From: Rhodospirillaceae bacterium
GTDB taxonomy: Bacteria; Pseudomonadota; Gammaproteobacteria; Steroidobacterales; Rariloculaceae
Assembly: GCA_024640685.1 (NCBI GenBank)
Contig: JAHEEN010000004.1
Coordinates: forward strand, 1 to 45,328
DNA: 45,328 bases
Direction of reading: 5' to 3'
Under the pieces are notes generated by a model, which ran no database searches, was not told the DNA's origin, and was given only the letters and a program-made list of their open reading frames with translations. Positions 1-9,008 of the stretch are shown here, in pieces. The translations under genes and the position numbers were made by a program. Position 1 is the stretch's first letter; each line of letters opens with the position of its first letter.

Positions 1-396
1 CTCGCCGGTGGCGCGCTGATTGGCGCTGCGAGCGCAATGATGTTGCTGCTGCTCGGGCGGATCACCGGCATCTCGGGCATTCTCGGTGGCGTCGTCGTCT
101 GGATGCGCTCGCACGAGCTTCGCTGGCGGGCGATGTTCATCGGCGGGCTCGTGCTGGGCGCGGCGGTTTTTCGCGTTGCGACCGGCGGGCTCGAGATCGA
201 GATGCAGGCTTCGGGGTGGCCGCTAGTCGCAGCTGGTGTGCTCGTCGGCGCCGGCACTCGATTGGGTTCGGGGTGCACGTCCGGGCACGGCGTCTGTGGC
301 ATGGCGCGGCGCTCGAAGCGATCGTTCACGGCGACCGCGACGTTCATCGGGGTGGCCTGCTTGACCGTGTTCGTCATCCGCCACGTGTTGTCATGA
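1..396 (+). CDS. YeeE/YedE family sulfur-compound transporter subunit (5' truncated by window edge)
   Basis: Frame is open from base 1 (LAGGALIGAASAMMLLLLGRITGISG). Contains the GTRLGSGCTSGHGVCGMAR signature of small YeeE/YedE proteins. Confidence 0.9.
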   Translation, partial: LAGGALIGAASAMMLLLLGRITGISGILGGVVVWMRSHELRWRAMFIGGLVLGAAVFRVATGGLEIEMQASGWPLVAAGVLVGAGTRLGSGCTSGHGVCGMARRSKRSFTATATFIGVACLTVFVIRHVLS

Positions 397-800
397 TCCG
401 GCTGCTCGCAGCGCTCGGTTGTGGCACCGTGTTCGGCGTCGGCTTGTGCGTCTCGGAAATGGTCAATCCAGCCCGCGTGGTTGGCTTCCTGGACGTCTTC
501 GGCGCTTGGGATGCGACGCTCGTGTTCGTCATGGGCGCCGCGCTCGGCGTAACGGCAATAGCGTTCCCGTTGATCACGCGCCGCCGCAAGCCCTTGCTCG
601 AGGAGCAGTTCTTTCTGCCGCAGAAGACCGCAGTCGATGCACCGCTTCTGACAGGCAGCATCCTGTTTGGCATCGGTTGGGGTGTCGCGGGCTTATGTCC
701 GGGGCCGGCAATCGCCGGCCTCGCGTCGCTGTCGCCGTCGGTGGCGGTATTCGTCGCCTCGATGATTGCGGGACAGTGGCTCGTCTCCCGATTCGAGTAG
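393..800 (+). CDS. YeeE/YedE family partner protein (DUF6691-like)
   Basis: ATGA overlap with the upstream stop. MIRLLAAL...SEMVNPARVVGFLD..G.WD and FGIGWGVAGLCPGPA motifs. Confidence 0.9.
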   Translation: MIRLLAALGCGTVFGVGLCVSEMVNPARVVGFLDVFGAWDATLVFVMGAALGVTAIAFPLITRRRKPLLEEQFFLPQKTAVDAPLLTGSILFGIGWGVAGLCPGPAIAGLASLSPSVAVFVASMIAGQWLVSRFE

Positions 801-858
801 CGATCGCGTCTTGCAAGGGCGGGGTGGCCGACGCACAATGCTACCGAGGTGAAAAACT

Positions 859-1206
859 ATGCATTCGATTAGATTAATCACGCTGTCGTTGCTGCTCGTC
901 TCGGCCGTTGCATCGGCGCACACGCGGCTTTCGGGTTCGGTGCCCGCCGACAATGCGGCGGTCGCTACGTCTCCCGAGATGATCGAGCTCGCGTTCTCGA
1001 CGGACGTTCGCTTGACGGCGCTATCGCTGCAAGATGCGTCCGGCGCAACGTTCGATCTCGGCGCACTGCCGACCGATGCGAGCAGCGCGTTTGCGATTGC
1101 TGCACCTGCACTGCCGCCCGGCCAGTACACGCTCGGCTGGCGCGCTGTCGGTGCCGACACGCACGTCGTCTCCGGCGAAGTGCATTTCACGATCGCAGTC
1201 AGCTAA
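859..1206 (+). CDS. copC: Periplasmic copper-binding protein CopC
   Basis: Signal peptide ending ASA-H gives an N-terminal His. S.PAD, L.F and Y...WRAVGADTHVVSG.V.F motifs. Confidence 0.9.
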   Translation: MHSIRLITLSLLLVSAVASAHTRLSGSVPADNAAVATSPEMIELAFSTDVRLTALSLQDASGATFDLGALPTDASSAFAIAAPALPPGQYTLGWRAVGADTHVVSGEVHFTIAVS

Positions 1207-1245
1207 CTCTATCGCCGGGCCGCAGCCGGCTCGCGCGCCGCGACG

Positions 1246-2106
1246 ATGGGGGGCTCGATCGACGTTGCGGTCGCCGCCGCGCGCGCTATCGTCTTCGTCG
1301 TTGCGCTTCAGGCGGCTGGTGCGGCATTGTTTCGCATCGCGTTCGGCCCGCTGCCGGCTCGCATAGCGCCGCGTGTCGATCGCATCGTCGTTCTCGCATC
1401 TTTGTTGACGATCCTCGCCGTGATCGTTCGCGTCGTGCTCGAGCCTGCGCGTATGGCAGGCGGGTTCTCGGGCGTTGCCGACTCCTTTCTGTGGTCGCTC
1501 TTCTGGCAGTCCGACGTCGCTCTCGCGCAATCGTTTCGGCTTGTCGGCGCCGGACTCCTGGTCATCGTCTCGCTACGCGGCACTCAGCAGGCCCGATACG
1601 TAGCGTGGCTCGGAATCGCGCTGATCGTCGTGTCGTTTGCGACGATGGGGCACACACGCGCACATGCCGGCGCAGCTTTACTCGGCACATTGTTGATCGC
1701 TCACGTCGGTGTCGCAGCGTTTTGGTTCGGCGCCCTCGCGCCGCTGCTGCTCGTGCTGCGTCATGCATCATCCGCTGACGCAGCCCGTTTGCTCGGCGCA
1801 TTCTCGAAGGTTGCCGTGCGCGCCGTACCGATACTGTTCGTTGCCGGGCTCGCGCTTGCGACGTTGCTGATAGGCAACCTCGGCGGTCTCGTGACGCCGT
1901 ACGGCCGTTTGGTGACGCTGAAGCTCGCGCTGTTTGTGCTGCTGCTCGGATTGGCAGCCGCGAACCGCTATCGATGGACGACGCGCTTCGCGCTCGACGG
2001 CAACGCTTACCGTCTGCGGCGATCGATCGTCGCCGAATCGCTCGTCATGCTCGTGCTGCTCGGTGCGACGGCCGTCATGACGGCGTACTACTCGCCCGAC
2101 GCCTGA
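1246..2106 (+). CDS. copD: Copper resistance inner-membrane protein CopD
   Basis: Multi-TM protein with GHT, H......FWFG and TPYGRLVTLKL..ANRY motifs. Directly follows copC. Confidence 0.88.
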   Translation: MGGSIDVAVAAARAIVFVVALQAAGAALFRIAFGPLPARIAPRVDRIVVLASLLTILAVIVRVVLEPARMAGGFSGVADSFLWSLFWQSDVALAQSFRLVGAGLLVIVSLRGTQQARYVAWLGIALIVVSFATMGHTRAHAGAALLGTLLIAHVGVAAFWFGALAPLLLVLRHASSADAARLLGAFSKVAVRAVPILFVAGLALATLLIGNLGGLVTPYGRLVTLKLALFVLLLGLAAANRYRWTTRFALDGNAYRLRRSIVAESLVMLVLLGATAVMTAYYSPDA

Positions 2107-2225
2107 GTCACAGGTCGGGCCGACTGCGCGCGTTCGTAGTCGATACTCCCCACGGCCATGCGGCAACCCCCGCAGACGGGTATGATCCGGCTCATCGCCC
2201 GCCTATTGAATCTGGGGAGCAGACT

Positions 2226-3746
2226 TTGGACGACACGACAAAAAACGACAAACGTTCGAACCCACTCGATGATGCAGCGACGACACTGTCGCGCCGTCAC
2301 GTATTGAAGTCCGCGAGTGGCTCGCTGGCCGCTGCCGCGCTAATGCCGGTTGCTCAGAGCCATGCGCAGCCGCGTGGTCCGAGGCTGCCGCGCGGCGCCG
2401 ACGTGACCGGGCGTCTCGCTGCCTACATGGCGCAGGCACGCGACATGGCGCTGCCCGCGTCTGTTGCGCTGGCCGCCAAGCACCGGACCCTCGATTCAGT
2501 CAGTGCGATCGTCTCGGGCGCGAAGCTACTGCCTGGCGAAGTTGCGATCGACTATGCGCGCGAGCAGGGCGGTCGGCCCGAGGCCAGTGTCGCGACGACG
2601 GATATCGTTACCAGCGCCGTCAATGCGGCATTGGCCAATGCGATGTTCGGGCATGCCGACGAGACCGACGACTTTCATCCGTATACAAAGGCGCACCCGG
2701 GCTGCTCGGTCGTGCCGGCAGCGTTCGCGATGGGTGAGCGCCAAGGCAGCTCCGGCCGTGACGTGCTGCGCGCGGTCGTGCTCGGTTACGATCTTTGTTG
2801 CCGAATTCTCATGGCGCTCGTGCCGGCGCTGGTGCGCGGCAACGGCCGCGCGGCCGAAGGCTATAGCGCGACGTTTGGCGCGGCCGCCGCCGCTGCATCG
2901 CTGGCCGAGTTCGACGAGACGCGGATGCGCTACGCGATCTCCTACGCCGTGCAGCAAACGAGCGGCGTCTGGAGCTGGGTGCGCGATGTCGAGCATATCG
3001 AGAAGGCGTTCGACTTCAGCGGCATGGGGGCGCGCAACGGCGTCGCGGGCGCGACGATGATCCAGGCAGGCTTCACCGGCGTGCTCGATGCGCTCGACGG
3101 GCAGCGCAACTTCATCGACGCGCAATCGACCGAGCCCTCACCCGAGGAGATGGTTGCCGACCTCGGCGAGCGTTTCTACGTCGAGGAAACCGCGATCAAG
3201 ACGTTCCCGGTCGGCTACCCAATTCAGTCGCCGTTGGCGGCGTTCTTCACGCTGCGTGAGGAGCACAATCTTACAGCCGACAGCGTTTCTCGAATGGTCA
3301 TCCGCCTGCCGGCGGACGGTGCGCGCATCGTCGACAATCGCTCGATGCCCGACGTCAACGTGCAGCACATCATGGCCGTCGCGCTCGTCGACGGTTACAT
3401 CGATTTCGAGAACAGCCATTCGTTCGAGCGGATGAACGACCCGGCCGTGCTCGCCGTCAAGGAGCGCATCGAGTTGATCGCCGACGAGGCGCTCGCGGTC
3501 GTCGAGGCACCGCGCAGTGGCCTCGTGACTGTGACGACGACAGCCGGTGAGACCGCCGAGCTATTCGTCAGCCATGCGCCGGGAACGCCCGAGAATCCGC
3601 TCGACACGGCAGGCGTCAATGCGAAAGCGCAGAGCCTGATGGCACCGGTGCTCGGCGCCGATCGCACCGAGCAGCTGATCGCGCGTATCAACGATATCGA
3701 AGACGTCGACGATATCCGTGATCTGCGCCCGCTGTGGAGCGCGTAA
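2226..3746 (+). CDS. MmgE/PrpD family protein with Tat signal peptide
   Basis: TTG start after GGAG. SRRHVLK twin-arginine motif. NAMFGHADETDDFH..HPGCSVVPAA and K.FPVGYPIQ motifs. Confidence 0.88.
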   Translation: MDDTTKNDKRSNPLDDAATTLSRRHVLKSASGSLAAAALMPVAQSHAQPRGPRLPRGADVTGRLAAYMAQARDMALPASVALAAKHRTLDSVSAIVSGAKLLPGEVAIDYAREQGGRPEASVATTDIVTSAVNAALANAMFGHADETDDFHPYTKAHPGCSVVPAAFAMGERQGSSGRDVLRAVVLGYDLCCRILMALVPALVRGNGRAAEGYSATFGAAAAAASLAEFDETRMRYAISYAVQQTSGVWSWVRDVEHIEKAFDFSGMGARNGVAGATMIQAGFTGVLDALDGQRNFIDAQSTEPSPEEMVADLGERFYVEETAIKTFPVGYPIQSPLAAFFTLREEHNLTADSVSRMVIRLPADGARIVDNRSMPDVNVQHIMAVALVDGYIDFENSHSFERMNDPAVLAVKERIELIADEALAVVEAPRSGLVTVTTTAGETAELFVSHAPGTPENPLDTAGVNAKAQSLMAPVLGADRTEQLIARINDIEDVDDIRDLRPLWSA

Positions 3747-3748
3747 CG

Positions 3749-4750
3749 CTACTGGAGAAATCGCGAGGCGTTCTCCGGATCGCAGTTGTAGCCGTGCAGC
3801 GTCAGGTGCGGTGAGTACTGCCACTGCAGGCTGCCGCTGAACGGCTCGGCCAAATAAACCGGGTCTTCTACGAAGACGTCGATCGTCATGCGATTGCCGT
3901 CGCCGGTCAATGCGTAACGCTCGATGGTGTGCTTTTGGTTGCTCGACGGCACGCCTTGCCCCGTGACCGACTGCTGCTCGGCGAACGCGACAGTGTCGAC
4001 GACGAGGGCATTGTCTTCCCAGCGGCCGATCGAATGGCCTTGCGGCGTCGGTTCGATATCGTCCGGATGTCCTCGGCCGTCCATATAGACGGTTCGTACG
4101 GCATCGAAGAACTCGCTGCGGATCGTCACGACATCGTCACCGAGCTCGATCCCGCTGAGGTAGAGCACGTTCGACATGACGATTCGCGGCGACTGCGGCG
4201 CAACGCACTCGACCGGACGCATGTCGGTCAAGTAGCTGTAGTCGGCTTTTGCGCGCTGGCCGGCGGGCGTCAGCGCCGTCGCGTTCAAAGCATCGGAGAA
4301 CGCCGAGATCGACTCCGGCACGCCTCGCCAGACGCCCGCGATCGTATCGGTCGTTGCGTCGCGCTGCTCGGGTGCGCTGTGGACCTGCGCTAGAACCGTG
4401 CCGTCCTGCTTCGTCAACGACAGCAAGATGACGCCGTAGTATCCGGCGCGTTTGTCCGGGTGGCCGCGCACAGCGACGATATCTCCCGGTTCCAGCGAGT
4501 CCGGCGTCCAGCCGCTGCGCGCCATGATCGGCGTCGCGCCGGTCTCGACGAGCCATTCGACGGTTTCGCCGGCCGCGTTGACCGACTCGACCGTGACGTA
4601 GACGTGCGGGTTACGCCAGCCGTACTCGGTCACGACACCTTCGAACGCCGCCACTGAGTTGGCGTCGTAGCCGGCCTCACTGTGATGGGCCGTGGCGGGC
4701 AGACTGGCGAGCGCGCCTGCGAGGGCGCCGAGAATACATCTATAATTCAT
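3749..4750 (-). CDS. Secreted DUF6152-domain protein fused to a C-terminal beta-rich domain
   Basis: Signal + AHHS, W.NPH and GW...SL.PGD.V motifs. C-terminal part has GHSIGRWE..LVVDT and ends in CDPE. Confidence 0.8.
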   Translation of the reverse strand: MNYRCILGALAGALASLPATAHHSEAGYDANSVAAFEGVVTEYGWRNPHVYVTVESVNAAGETVEWLVETGATPIMARSGWTPDSLEPGDIVAVRGHPDKRAGYYGVILLSLTKQDGTVLAQVHSAPEQRDATTDTIAGVWRGVPESISAFSDALNATALTPAGQRAKADYSYLTDMRPVECVAPQSPRIVMSNVLYLSGIELGDDVVTIRSEFFDAVRTVYMDGRGHPDDIEPTPQGHSIGRWEDNALVVDTVAFAEQQSVTGQGVPSSNQKHTIERYALTGDGNRMTIDVFVEDPVYLAEPFSGSLQWQYSPHLTLHGYNCDPENASRFLQ

Positions 4751-4832
4751 GCTGTTACGTGTCCAGCGTGCGTCGAACGGTACGAGATTCTAGCGGGTAT
4801 CGGTGGGCTTGGCAGCACTCTACTGAGCGGGG

Positions 4833-5693
4833 CTAGTACCACAGCGCCGGCTGCGCGCGATTTTCGAGCACGAGCAGGCCGGCAGCCGTGTTCGAGACCG
4901 GAATGTGGTAGCTGCCGTGAATTTTATCGACGCGGTCGCCGAGCGCGCCGCGCGCCGCGAGCCACATGATGATCTCGGTGCCCTGCGTGCCGCCGAGCTT
5001 CACGATGTCGTGGATCGATAGCGCCGTCAGCGCGCCGGGATCGTCGATGATTTTCGCCATGCACATCTCGTCGAATTCTTTGTTGATGAAGCCGGCACGC
5101 TGCCCGTCGAGCTGATGCGAGAGGCCGCCGGTGCCGACGATCAGGACCCGCAGTTCATCGTCGAAGCTTTCGAGCGCTTGTCCGATCGCCCGCCCAAACG
5201 CAAGACAGCGCGATGTTTTCGGCAGCGGATGCTGCACGGTATTGATGTGGATCGGCAGCGTCGCGACCGGCGGCGGCGTGCGGTCGGGCCATAGCAGCCG
5301 CATCGGGTTGACGAACGCGTGGTCGACGCGCATCTCTTGGCACGTCGCAACGTCGAAGTCTTGCTCGACGAGCGTTTCGATGACGTGCCACGAAAGCTCC
5401 GGGATACCTCGGTAGGGTGGAAATGTCGGCAGCCCCCAGCCCTCGTCCTCGACCGAGTATTCCGGTGCCGCGCCAACCGCAAATGTCGGCAGGTTGTCGA
5501 GGAAGAAATTGAGCCCGTGATCGTTGTAGATCACGACAGCGACGTCCGGTCGCGCAGTGGCTAGCCACTCCCGCGCCCGCTCGTAGCCATCGAAAAATGG
5601 CGCCCAGTAAGGCTCGTGCTGCAGACCGTTCGCCATCGCGTTTCCGATCGCCGGAATGTGCGAGGTCGTCACGGCGCCGACGATCGTCGCCAT
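4833..5693 (-). CDS. ligB: Protocatechuate 4,5-dioxygenase beta subunit (class III extradiol dioxygenase)
   Basis: True start MATIVGAVTTSHIPAIG at 5693. YNDHGLNFFLD, DHA, GTGGLSHQLDGQRAGFIN and EIIMWL motifs. Confidence 0.9.
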   Translation of the reverse strand: MATIVGAVTTSHIPAIGNAMANGLQHEPYWAPFFDGYERAREWLATARPDVAVVIYNDHGLNFFLDNLPTFAVGAAPEYSVEDEGWGLPTFPPYRGIPELSWHVIETLVEQDFDVATCQEMRVDHAFVNPMRLLWPDRTPPPVATLPIHINTVQHPLPKTSRCLAFGRAIGQALESFDDELRVLIVGTGGLSHQLDGQRAGFINKEFDEMCMAKIIDDPGALTALSIHDIVKLGGTQGTEIIMWLAARGALGDRVDKIHGSYHIPVSNTAAGLLVLENRAQPALWY

Positions 5694-6031
5694 CAGCGGC
5701 CTTGCTCGGCGAGCATCGCCTTGAAATCGTCGACGGACATGCCGGTCTGCTGGGCGCCGATATCCTGAACGCTGAGGCCGAAGATGCCTGCGAACTTGGC
5801 GAGGTAGTAGATATTGCCGCCGGCCTCGATCAATGCGAGCACGTTGCGGCGGCGAATGGCATCGCGTTGTACGTCGGTGAGCTCGAATCGAGCGCAGTAC
5901 GCATCCTCGTCTGCAAGGAACGCATCGCGATTCTCCTTGCTGTTGAACGAGTAGCACATCTTGTTCAGGCGATAGCCCTTCATCGCTTCGTGGCCATCGA
6001 AAATCGTCGTCCCCGGAATGTCCTGAACCAT
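5693..6031 (-). CDS. ligA: Protocatechuate 4,5-dioxygenase alpha subunit
   Basis: IPGTTIFDG..AMKGYRLNKMCYSFN...NR.AF and GGNIYYLAK motifs. Stop overlaps the ligB start. Confidence 0.9.
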   Translation of the reverse strand: MVQDIPGTTIFDGHEAMKGYRLNKMCYSFNSKENRDAFLADEDAYCARFELTDVQRDAIRRRNVLALIEAGGNIYYLAKFAGIFGLSVQDIGAQQTGMSVDDFKAMLAEQGR

Positions 6032-6249
6032 GCTTGACACCTTCGAGCGGGCGAGTCGGCCTGTGTACGAGGCACGATGCCCGCCGGTCGCGGCGAGCTG
6101 ATTCGACGCTAGCGGTGGGCCTAGCCGCCAGCAATAAGTGGTTGCCGAAACCGCGCGCAGCTTTGCGCTGCGCAGCCTGGCACGCATTCAGCAACGGTTA
6201 AGCCACGAAGCCCTAACCTGAACACGATTCAGTGAAGCGGGAAGCCGAG

Positions 6250-6483
6250 ATGAACGCGATGACGAAGCCGCACTGCCAGGCTGCAATCGATTCGAACGAG
6301 TGCCGTTGGCTCGAGCGCAAGGCCGTCGAGCTTGCGCGCGAGCTGAACTGCCCGCTGCCGGATGCGCTCGTTGCGGCGCGCTGCGAGTTCGAGAGTCTGA
6401 AATCGCGTCCGAAGGCGCCGGTCGTTGCGCTTCTCGATTGGCAGGCCCGGCGCTCGCTCAGTTCTCGGGAAGCGAGCAGTTGA
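6250..6483 (+). CDS. Small hypothetical protein
   Basis: Protein-like helical ORF (WLERKAVELARELNCPL) divergent from ligA. Its 3' end overlaps the next gene by 26 bp. Confidence 0.45.
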   Translation: MNAMTKPHCQAAIDSNECRWLERKAVELARELNCPLPDALVAARCEFESLKSRPKAPVVALLDWQARRSLSSREASS

Positions 6484-7462
6484 ACGGCTTGATCTGCTCG
6501 CCCGGAATCCAGACGAAAGCCTCTCGCATCGTCGCGGTGCCGTCGAAAATACGCGGGTCGACGACCTCGGTCTGGTAGTTCAGGCGGCGACCGTCTTCGC
6601 TGACTGTGAAGCGTTCGACGATCTCTGCCGTGGGGCTGAACGGCGTGCCGAGATCGTCGAAATACTCGGCGCTGACGCGGCTCGTGCGCACGACGAGCGT
6701 GTTGCCCTCCCATTGTCCCGTCGAGTAGCCGTAGTGGCTCGTGGGTTGGCCCGCGGGGTTCGCAGCGCCCTGCATGTGAATCGTCCGCCGGCCGTCCCAT
6801 TCCTCGAGCCTGAGCTCTATCGTGTCGCCTTGATCGGCGAACTGGATCGGATACGGGCTGAACATCATCGCCGGCATGCCGGGCGGCTCGCAGCGCAGCG
6901 CCGGATCGTCGACGAGCGGATCCCAGCCACCGCGCGCGTTCAATGCAAACTCCGTAAACGGCAGATGCGGCTCCTCACGCACTTGCTCGGCGCTCCAGAC
7001 ACGAAAGATGCCACTGGCCTCACGCTCGCCCTCGGCGACCGCCGCATTCGAGAACGGCGCCGGCGGCACGTTGCGGCCAATCGCAAGCGCACGCTGCGGC
7101 CATAACGGGACCTCGGTGCCGTCGGCCAGCGTCATCGTGTACGCAGCCATCGCTGGTAGGCCGGTGCGCGACAGCGCGCCGAGCAATGTCACGCGGTCGC
7201 CGACCGAGACGATGTCGGCGCTGTAGCCGGCGCGAGCGAGGCTGTTCGGCGAGCCGGACTCGGCAGTCCAAGTCTCGGTGACGCCGCTCGCCGAGACGCG
7301 CTGCAATGTCAAAACGACATGCGGATTGCGCCAAAACACGGAGACGACGTCACCCTCGATCGTGCCGAGGTTCTCGGTGTCATAGGCGACCGTCGTCGCA
7401 TGATGGCCGTGCGCCAGCGGTACGATCAGCGTCATTAGGGCAAGCAATGTCGTGCGGATCAT
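6458..7462 (-). CDS. Secreted DUF6152-domain fusion protein
   Basis: Signal + AHGHHA, FWRNPH, CEPPGMP and GYSTGQWEGNTLVV motifs, with a terminal Cys. Confidence 0.8.
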   Translation of the reverse strand: MIRTTLLALMTLIVPLAHGHHATTVAYDTENLGTIEGDVVSVFWRNPHVVLTLQRVSASGVTETWTAESGSPNSLARAGYSADIVSVGDRVTLLGALSRTGLPAMAAYTMTLADGTEVPLWPQRALAIGRNVPPAPFSNAAVAEGEREASGIFRVWSAEQVREEPHLPFTEFALNARGGWDPLVDDPALRCEPPGMPAMMFSPYPIQFADQGDTIELRLEEWDGRRTIHMQGAANPAGQPTSHYGYSTGQWEGNTLVVRTSRVSAEYFDDLGTPFSPTAEIVERFTVSEDGRRLNYQTEVVDPRIFDGTATMREAFVWIPGEQIKPFNCSLPEN

Positions 7463-7483
7463 AGTGAGCTCCTTAGCCGGGAT

Positions 7484-8545
7484 TTAACGCCCAGCTAGCG
7501 GGTTGTCGAGCGCTGCGACACGTACTGGCGACCAAGCCATGCCGTCGGGCGTGTCGTGGTCGGCTGCGAACGTGCTTGGCGGCGCGTGCGGCTGGTCGAG
7601 ATCATATAAAAGAATACGTCCGTCGGCACGCGTGGTGACGAACGCATGTCTGCCGACGCTCAGAAAGCCGAAACCCCCAGCGGCGACGCCTTCTCCGGGC
7701 ACATCGAGCATGGCAATGACGGCGCGGGTTCGCACGTCGTAGATGCGAATGCCTGCGGTCTCGGCGTTGCCGTTGATGATCGCAAGCCGGTCGCCCGGCA
7801 GGTTCGCGAGCCGACGCGGCTGCGTTGCCGCTTCGAACGTCGCAAGAATCGTCAATTCTCGCGGATCGATGACCGAGATCGTATTTGCGTCCTGGTTCAA
7901 CACCCAGACGTCGCCGGTCGATGCGACCGTGATTGCCTCGGCACCTAGCCCGGTCGTGAGCACCGCTGGTGGCGATCCGCCCGCGACATCGACGATCGAC
8001 ACCGTGCCGCGGCCGAGCCGGCCGCCGACGTAGACCTGCGTGCCGTCGGCACTGAGCGTGATCATGTGGCCTTCGCGCGCGCCCGCGCCGATCGGCATTC
8101 GACGCACGACGGTCAGCGCCTCGACGTCCAGCACCGCGAGCTCGTCGGTCGTCTCTAGCGTCACGAGCGCGTGGCGGCCGTCGGGCAGAAACACCGTATC
8201 GTGGGGCTTGGTGTTTGGGCCCGTATCGATATGGCCGATCACGTCGGCGCTGGCAATATCGATGACGACGACGCGCTCGCCCGGTGTTGCTAGCCCGTAT
8301 TCGGCCGTCAGCGCGAGGCGCCCGTCCGGTGATACCGAGACCTCGTGAGGCCAGCCTGGGCCGATCGGGATGCGCGCGATCTCTTTCTCGGTCGGCAGGT
8401 CGAACAGCGACAGGCTGCCGGCAACGTCTTCACGGTTGACGACGAGCAGCGTGCCCGGCAGCGATTGGCCGAGGGCCGCGGCCGCGATACAGCCTGTGGC
8501 TGTCGCGAGGGTCAAATCCCGGGTCAGTCGGAGAACTCTGCTCAT
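7484..8545 (-). CDS. YncE/YVTN-type beta-propeller protein, secreted
   Basis: Repeated PHEVSVSPDGR / PHDTVFLPDGR / GHMITLSADG blades, plus a signal peptide. Confidence 0.8.
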   Translation of the reverse strand: MSRVLRLTRDLTLATATGCIAAAALGQSLPGTLLVVNREDVAGSLSLFDLPTEKEIARIPIGPGWPHEVSVSPDGRLALTAEYGLATPGERVVVIDIASADVIGHIDTGPNTKPHDTVFLPDGRHALVTLETTDELAVLDVEALTVVRRMPIGAGAREGHMITLSADGTQVYVGGRLGRGTVSIVDVAGGSPPAVLTTGLGAEAITVASTGDVWVLNQDANTISVIDPRELTILATFEAATQPRRLANLPGDRLAIINGNAETAGIRIYDVRTRAVIAMLDVPGEGVAAGGFGFLSVGRHAFVTTRADGRILLYDLDQPHAPPSTFAADHDTPDGMAWSPVRVAALDNPLAGR

Positions 8546-8561
8546 GACGTTATGTATCCAA

Positions 8562-8621
8562 TAACGGTTATTCTAACGGTTAGGCGTGTCGAGAGGCCCG
8601 GCTGCAGGCAGTTAACCGTTA
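8562..8621. promoter_or_regulatory. Candidate operator: three TAACGGTTA boxes
   Basis: TAACGGTTA at 8562-8570 and 8574-8582, and its reverse complement at 8613-8621, in a divergent intergenic region. Confidence 0.45.
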
Positions 8622-8698
8622 ATTAACGTGTCGAAGCTTTCGATCGGGCCAATTGAAAGCCATACTGCTATGCACGCCAGCAAGCTGGGAGTCGGATC

Positions 8699-9007
8699 AT
8701 GGTACGAACACTAAGTGCAATGACATTGCTGTTTCTAGCCAGCGCCGCTCACGCCCACACGCCGATCTGCGACTGCTATGACAACGGTGACGATACGATT
8801 ACCTGCGAGGGCGGTTTCAGCGACGGCGGCACCGCACAAGGCATTCCGATGCGGATCGTCGATACGTCCGGCCGCGTGCTGATCGAGGGCGCGATGAGTG
8901 ACAACAGCGATTTCACGTTTGCAAAGCCGAATGTCGACTTCCTCGTCGAGTTCGAGGGCGGCGAGGGGCATGTCATACAGATCGATGGCCGTGACATCGA
9001 GGAGTAG
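8699..9007 (+). CDS. Small periplasmic protein, FpvJ-like
   Basis: Signal + HTPICDC...CEGGFSDG...G.GHVIQID..DI, resembling Pseudomonas FpvJ (recognised from memory). Confidence 0.7.
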   Translation: MVRTLSAMTLLFLASAAHAHTPICDCYDNGDDTITCEGGFSDGGTAQGIPMRIVDTSGRVLIEGAMSDNSDFTFAKPNVDFLVEFEGGEGHVIQIDGRDIEE

Positions 9008-9008
9008 C

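Noticed and set aside
1974-2225. N-terminal extension of the MmgE/PrpD ORF
   Set aside because: It overlaps copD and has non-protein-like composition. A TTG with an RBS at 2226 precedes the Tat motif.
4833-6194. 453-aa ORF suggesting a LigA-LigB fusion (gallate dioxygenase-like)
   Set aside because: The N-terminal extension is an off-frame read over ligA. LigA is in a different frame, with its own stop overlapping the ligB ATG.
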